The notes under the pieces are model-generated. The model saw only the letters and a list, made by a program, of their open reading frames with translations. It was not told the DNA's origin and did not search any database. The position numbers and the translations under genes are program-made. This document shows positions 62,069 through 64,000 of a stretch of DNA of 64,000 nucleotides, piece after piece (the stretch's first letter is position 1; each line of letters starts with the position of its first letter). Source of the DNA: a virus (Duplodnaviria > Caudoviricetes); IMG/VR virus record IMGVR_UViG_3300046170_000454, positions 8,040-72,039 of that record. One strand, 5' to 3'.

Positions 62069-63631
62069 ATGACCTCTAATGAGTATATCCATCGTGTTAA
62101 TCTTGGAAGCGAGACTCGGTACAACTTGAGTACCCCTCTTCTAGTGGAAGCAAGCCTCTCAGAGGAGAAAGGTGTACTTACGAAGTCAGGGGCAATTGCA
62201 GTTGATACAGGTAAATACACAGGGCGCTCCCCTAAAGATAAATACTTTGTCGAAGAGCATGGGTCGAAAGGCGAGATTTGGTGGGGCGAGGTAAATCAAC
62301 CGATCTCTGAAGAAACTTTCGAGGAGCTTTACGATCTCGTCTGCTCTGAATATGACGCTACTACAAGCAAACCTACATACGTGTTTGAGGGGTTCGCAGG
62401 AGCTGACCCGAAATACCGCATTAAAGTGAGGGTGATCGCGAAGCTCGCGTGGCAAGCTCACTTTGTCTCGAATATGTTCATCCAAGCCACTCCTGAAGAG
62501 CTCGAAGGGTTTGAGCCTGACTTCACTATTGTCAACGCCTCAGCAGTGAAGAACGCTAACTACAGAGCGTCAGGGATGCACTCAGAGACATTCGTCGCTT
62601 TTCATCTCGGAAAAAGCGTGGCGCTTATCGGCGGTACTGAGTATGGCGGTGAAATGAAGAAAGGGATCTTCTCAGTCTTAAACTTTCTACTCCCCCTCAA
62701 GGGAGTGCTACCTATGCACAGCTCCTGTAATGTAGATCTTAAAACAGGCTCTAGCGCCCTTTTCTTTGGTTTGAGCGGTACGGGCAAGACCACTCTCTCA
62801 AATGACCCTGAGAGGCTTTTAGTGGGCGATGATGAGCATGGCTGGAGTGACGATGGTGTGTTTAACTTTGAGGGAGGCTGTTATGCTAAAGTGATTGACC
62901 TCAACGCAGAGGAAGAGCCCCTCATCTATAATGCGATCCGTTTTGGCGCTCAGCTTGAAAATGTCGTACTCGATGAGGCTTCAAGAGAAGTAGATTACAG
63001 TGACACCTCTAAAACACAAAACACGCGTGTTTCTTACCCTATCGAGTTTATCAAAAGCTCCCTAGCGTCGAGAGGCTTGCCAAGTATGGCTGGGCATCCT
63101 GAAGCGGTTATTTTCTTAACTTGTGACGCTTTCGGTGTTCTACCTCCAGTAAGCGTACTATCTCCTGGGCAAGCGATGTATCATTTCATTAGCGGTTATA
63201 CAGCTAAGGTTGCGGGTACAGAGTTAGGTGTGGCAGAACCTAAAGCTACTTTCTCACCCTGCTTCGGAGGGCCTTTCTTACCTCTGCACCCATTAAGGTA
63301 TGCTAATCTCCTCAAACAAAAGCTGAAGAGACACGGTGCTCAGGCTTACCTAGTCAATACAGGATGGTCAGGCGCAAGTGCTTCTAGCGGTGCGGAGCGC
63401 ATCTCTCTAAAGGAGACAAGAAAGATTATTAGTGCGATCTTAAACGGTGAGCTCAAGGATTGTGACACAGAGTCAGACCCTGTGTTTAATCTTAGCTACC
63501 CTTTAGAGGTCGAGGGGGTGTCTCTAATATTAGACCCTGTTAAAGCATGGTCTAGCAGAGAAGAATATCTTTGTGAGGCAGAAAAGCTCTCAAGGTTGTT
63601 TAGCGAAAACTTCGCTAAGTATCTCCCTTAA
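62069..63631 (+). CDS. pckA: Phosphoenolpyruvate carboxykinase (ATP)
   Basis: TGKYTGRSPKDK, GTEYGGEMKKGIF, LPMHSS, FFGLSGTGKTTLS, GDDEHGW, NFEGGCYAK, NTRVSYP, FLTCDAFGVLPP, FISGYTAKVAGTE and YLVNTGW. Confidence 0.97.
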   Translation: MTSNEYIHRVNLGSETRYNLSTPLLVEASLSEEKGVLTKSGAIAVDTGKYTGRSPKDKYFVEEHGSKGEIWWGEVNQPISEETFEELYDLVCSEYDATTSKPTYVFEGFAGADPKYRIKVRVIAKLAWQAHFVSNMFIQATPEELEGFEPDFTIVNASAVKNANYRASGMHSETFVAFHLGKSVALIGGTEYGGEMKKGIFSVLNFLLPLKGVLPMHSSCNVDLKTGSSALFFGLSGTGKTTLSNDPERLLVGDDEHGWSDDGVFNFEGGCYAKVIDLNAEEEPLIYNAIRFGAQLENVVLDEASREVDYSDTSKTQNTRVSYPIEFIKSSLASRGLPSMAGHPEAVIFLTCDAFGVLPPVSVLSPGQAMYHFISGYTAKVAGTELGVAEPKATFSPCFGGPFLPLHPLRYANLLKQKLKRHGAQAYLVNTGWSGASASSGAERISLKETRKIISAILNGELKDCDTESDPVFNLSYPLEVEGVSLILDPVKAWSSREEYLCEAEKLSRLFSENFAKYLP

Positions 63632-64000
63632 AATTCAGAGGCAATCCTAACATTGTTGAGAAATCCGTGTTTCTTAAGTTGAGTTTCCACAATACCCCAA
63701 AACTCCTCTGATCGAACATCCTCATCTAAGTCAAAGGGATCGGCTCCTTTAGAAGCAAGACTAATATGCCTAACTTTTCCCATGTCCCCATCATTGTCGT
63801 CGTAGAAGAAAATCTCTGCTACAGCGCTCCTTTGGTCTACATGGATCTCGATACAAGTGTCTTTTAACAAGGGTGACTCTATGAAGTAAAAGAAGGAGTC
63901 TCCGCTATCGCTTCTCCAAGCCTTCCAAATGTTAGGCTTCGCAGGGCTCCCCCAATTTAGCTTAACCTGAGGGTTACTTGTTACATGGTCAGGAAACCAG
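63628..64000 (-). CDS. Hypothetical protein, 5' end outside the window
   Basis: The frame of ORF 63628-63870 stays open to position 64000 (WFPDHVTSNPQVKLNWG...). Confidence 0.6.
   Translation of the reverse strand, partial: WFPDHVTSNPQVKLNWGSPAKPNIWKAWRSDSGDSFFYFIESPLLKDTCIEIHVDQRSAVAEIFFYDDNDGDMGKVRHISLASKGADPFDLDEDVRSEEFWGIVETQLKKHGFLNNVRIASEF

Noticed and set aside
1-64000. tRNA, rRNA, group I/II introns, inteins, alternative genetic code
   Set aside because: No cloverleaf or rRNA-like stretch, no intein or homing-endonuclease motifs noticed, and long ORFs read normally with standard stops.

Overview
This window reads as part of a large (jumbo-type) contractile-tailed phage genome. Positions ~2-24 kb (minus strand) and ~25.7-54.8 kb (plus strand) are two divergent virion operons: gp25-like, baseplate J-like, gpI-like, tail-collar and paralogous DUF6519-like proteins on the left; tail tube, chaperones, tape measure, hub, spike and a ~3450-aa giant protein on the right. 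They are flanked by a SNF2 helicase, an HTH-metallophosphoesterase, the metabolic genes glmS and pckA, and a DGQHR/DndB-like protein. No capsid, terminase, sheath or integrase gene is recognisable here. The most striking unexplained feature is at 57.4-60.9 kb: a mirror-symmetric array of 3+3 single small genes diverging from a core made of 28-bp perfect inverted repeats enclosing 12-bp tandem repeats. Every gene there is bounded by a conserved ~50-nt hairpin plus a TGTCGGG motif, like a bidirectional gene-cassette array. Six genes are broken by one extra base at the same CCCTGG/CCAGGG motif, probably methylation-linked sequencing errors, and CCGG appears strongly avoided. All product calls come from motif recognition by eye; no database search was run.
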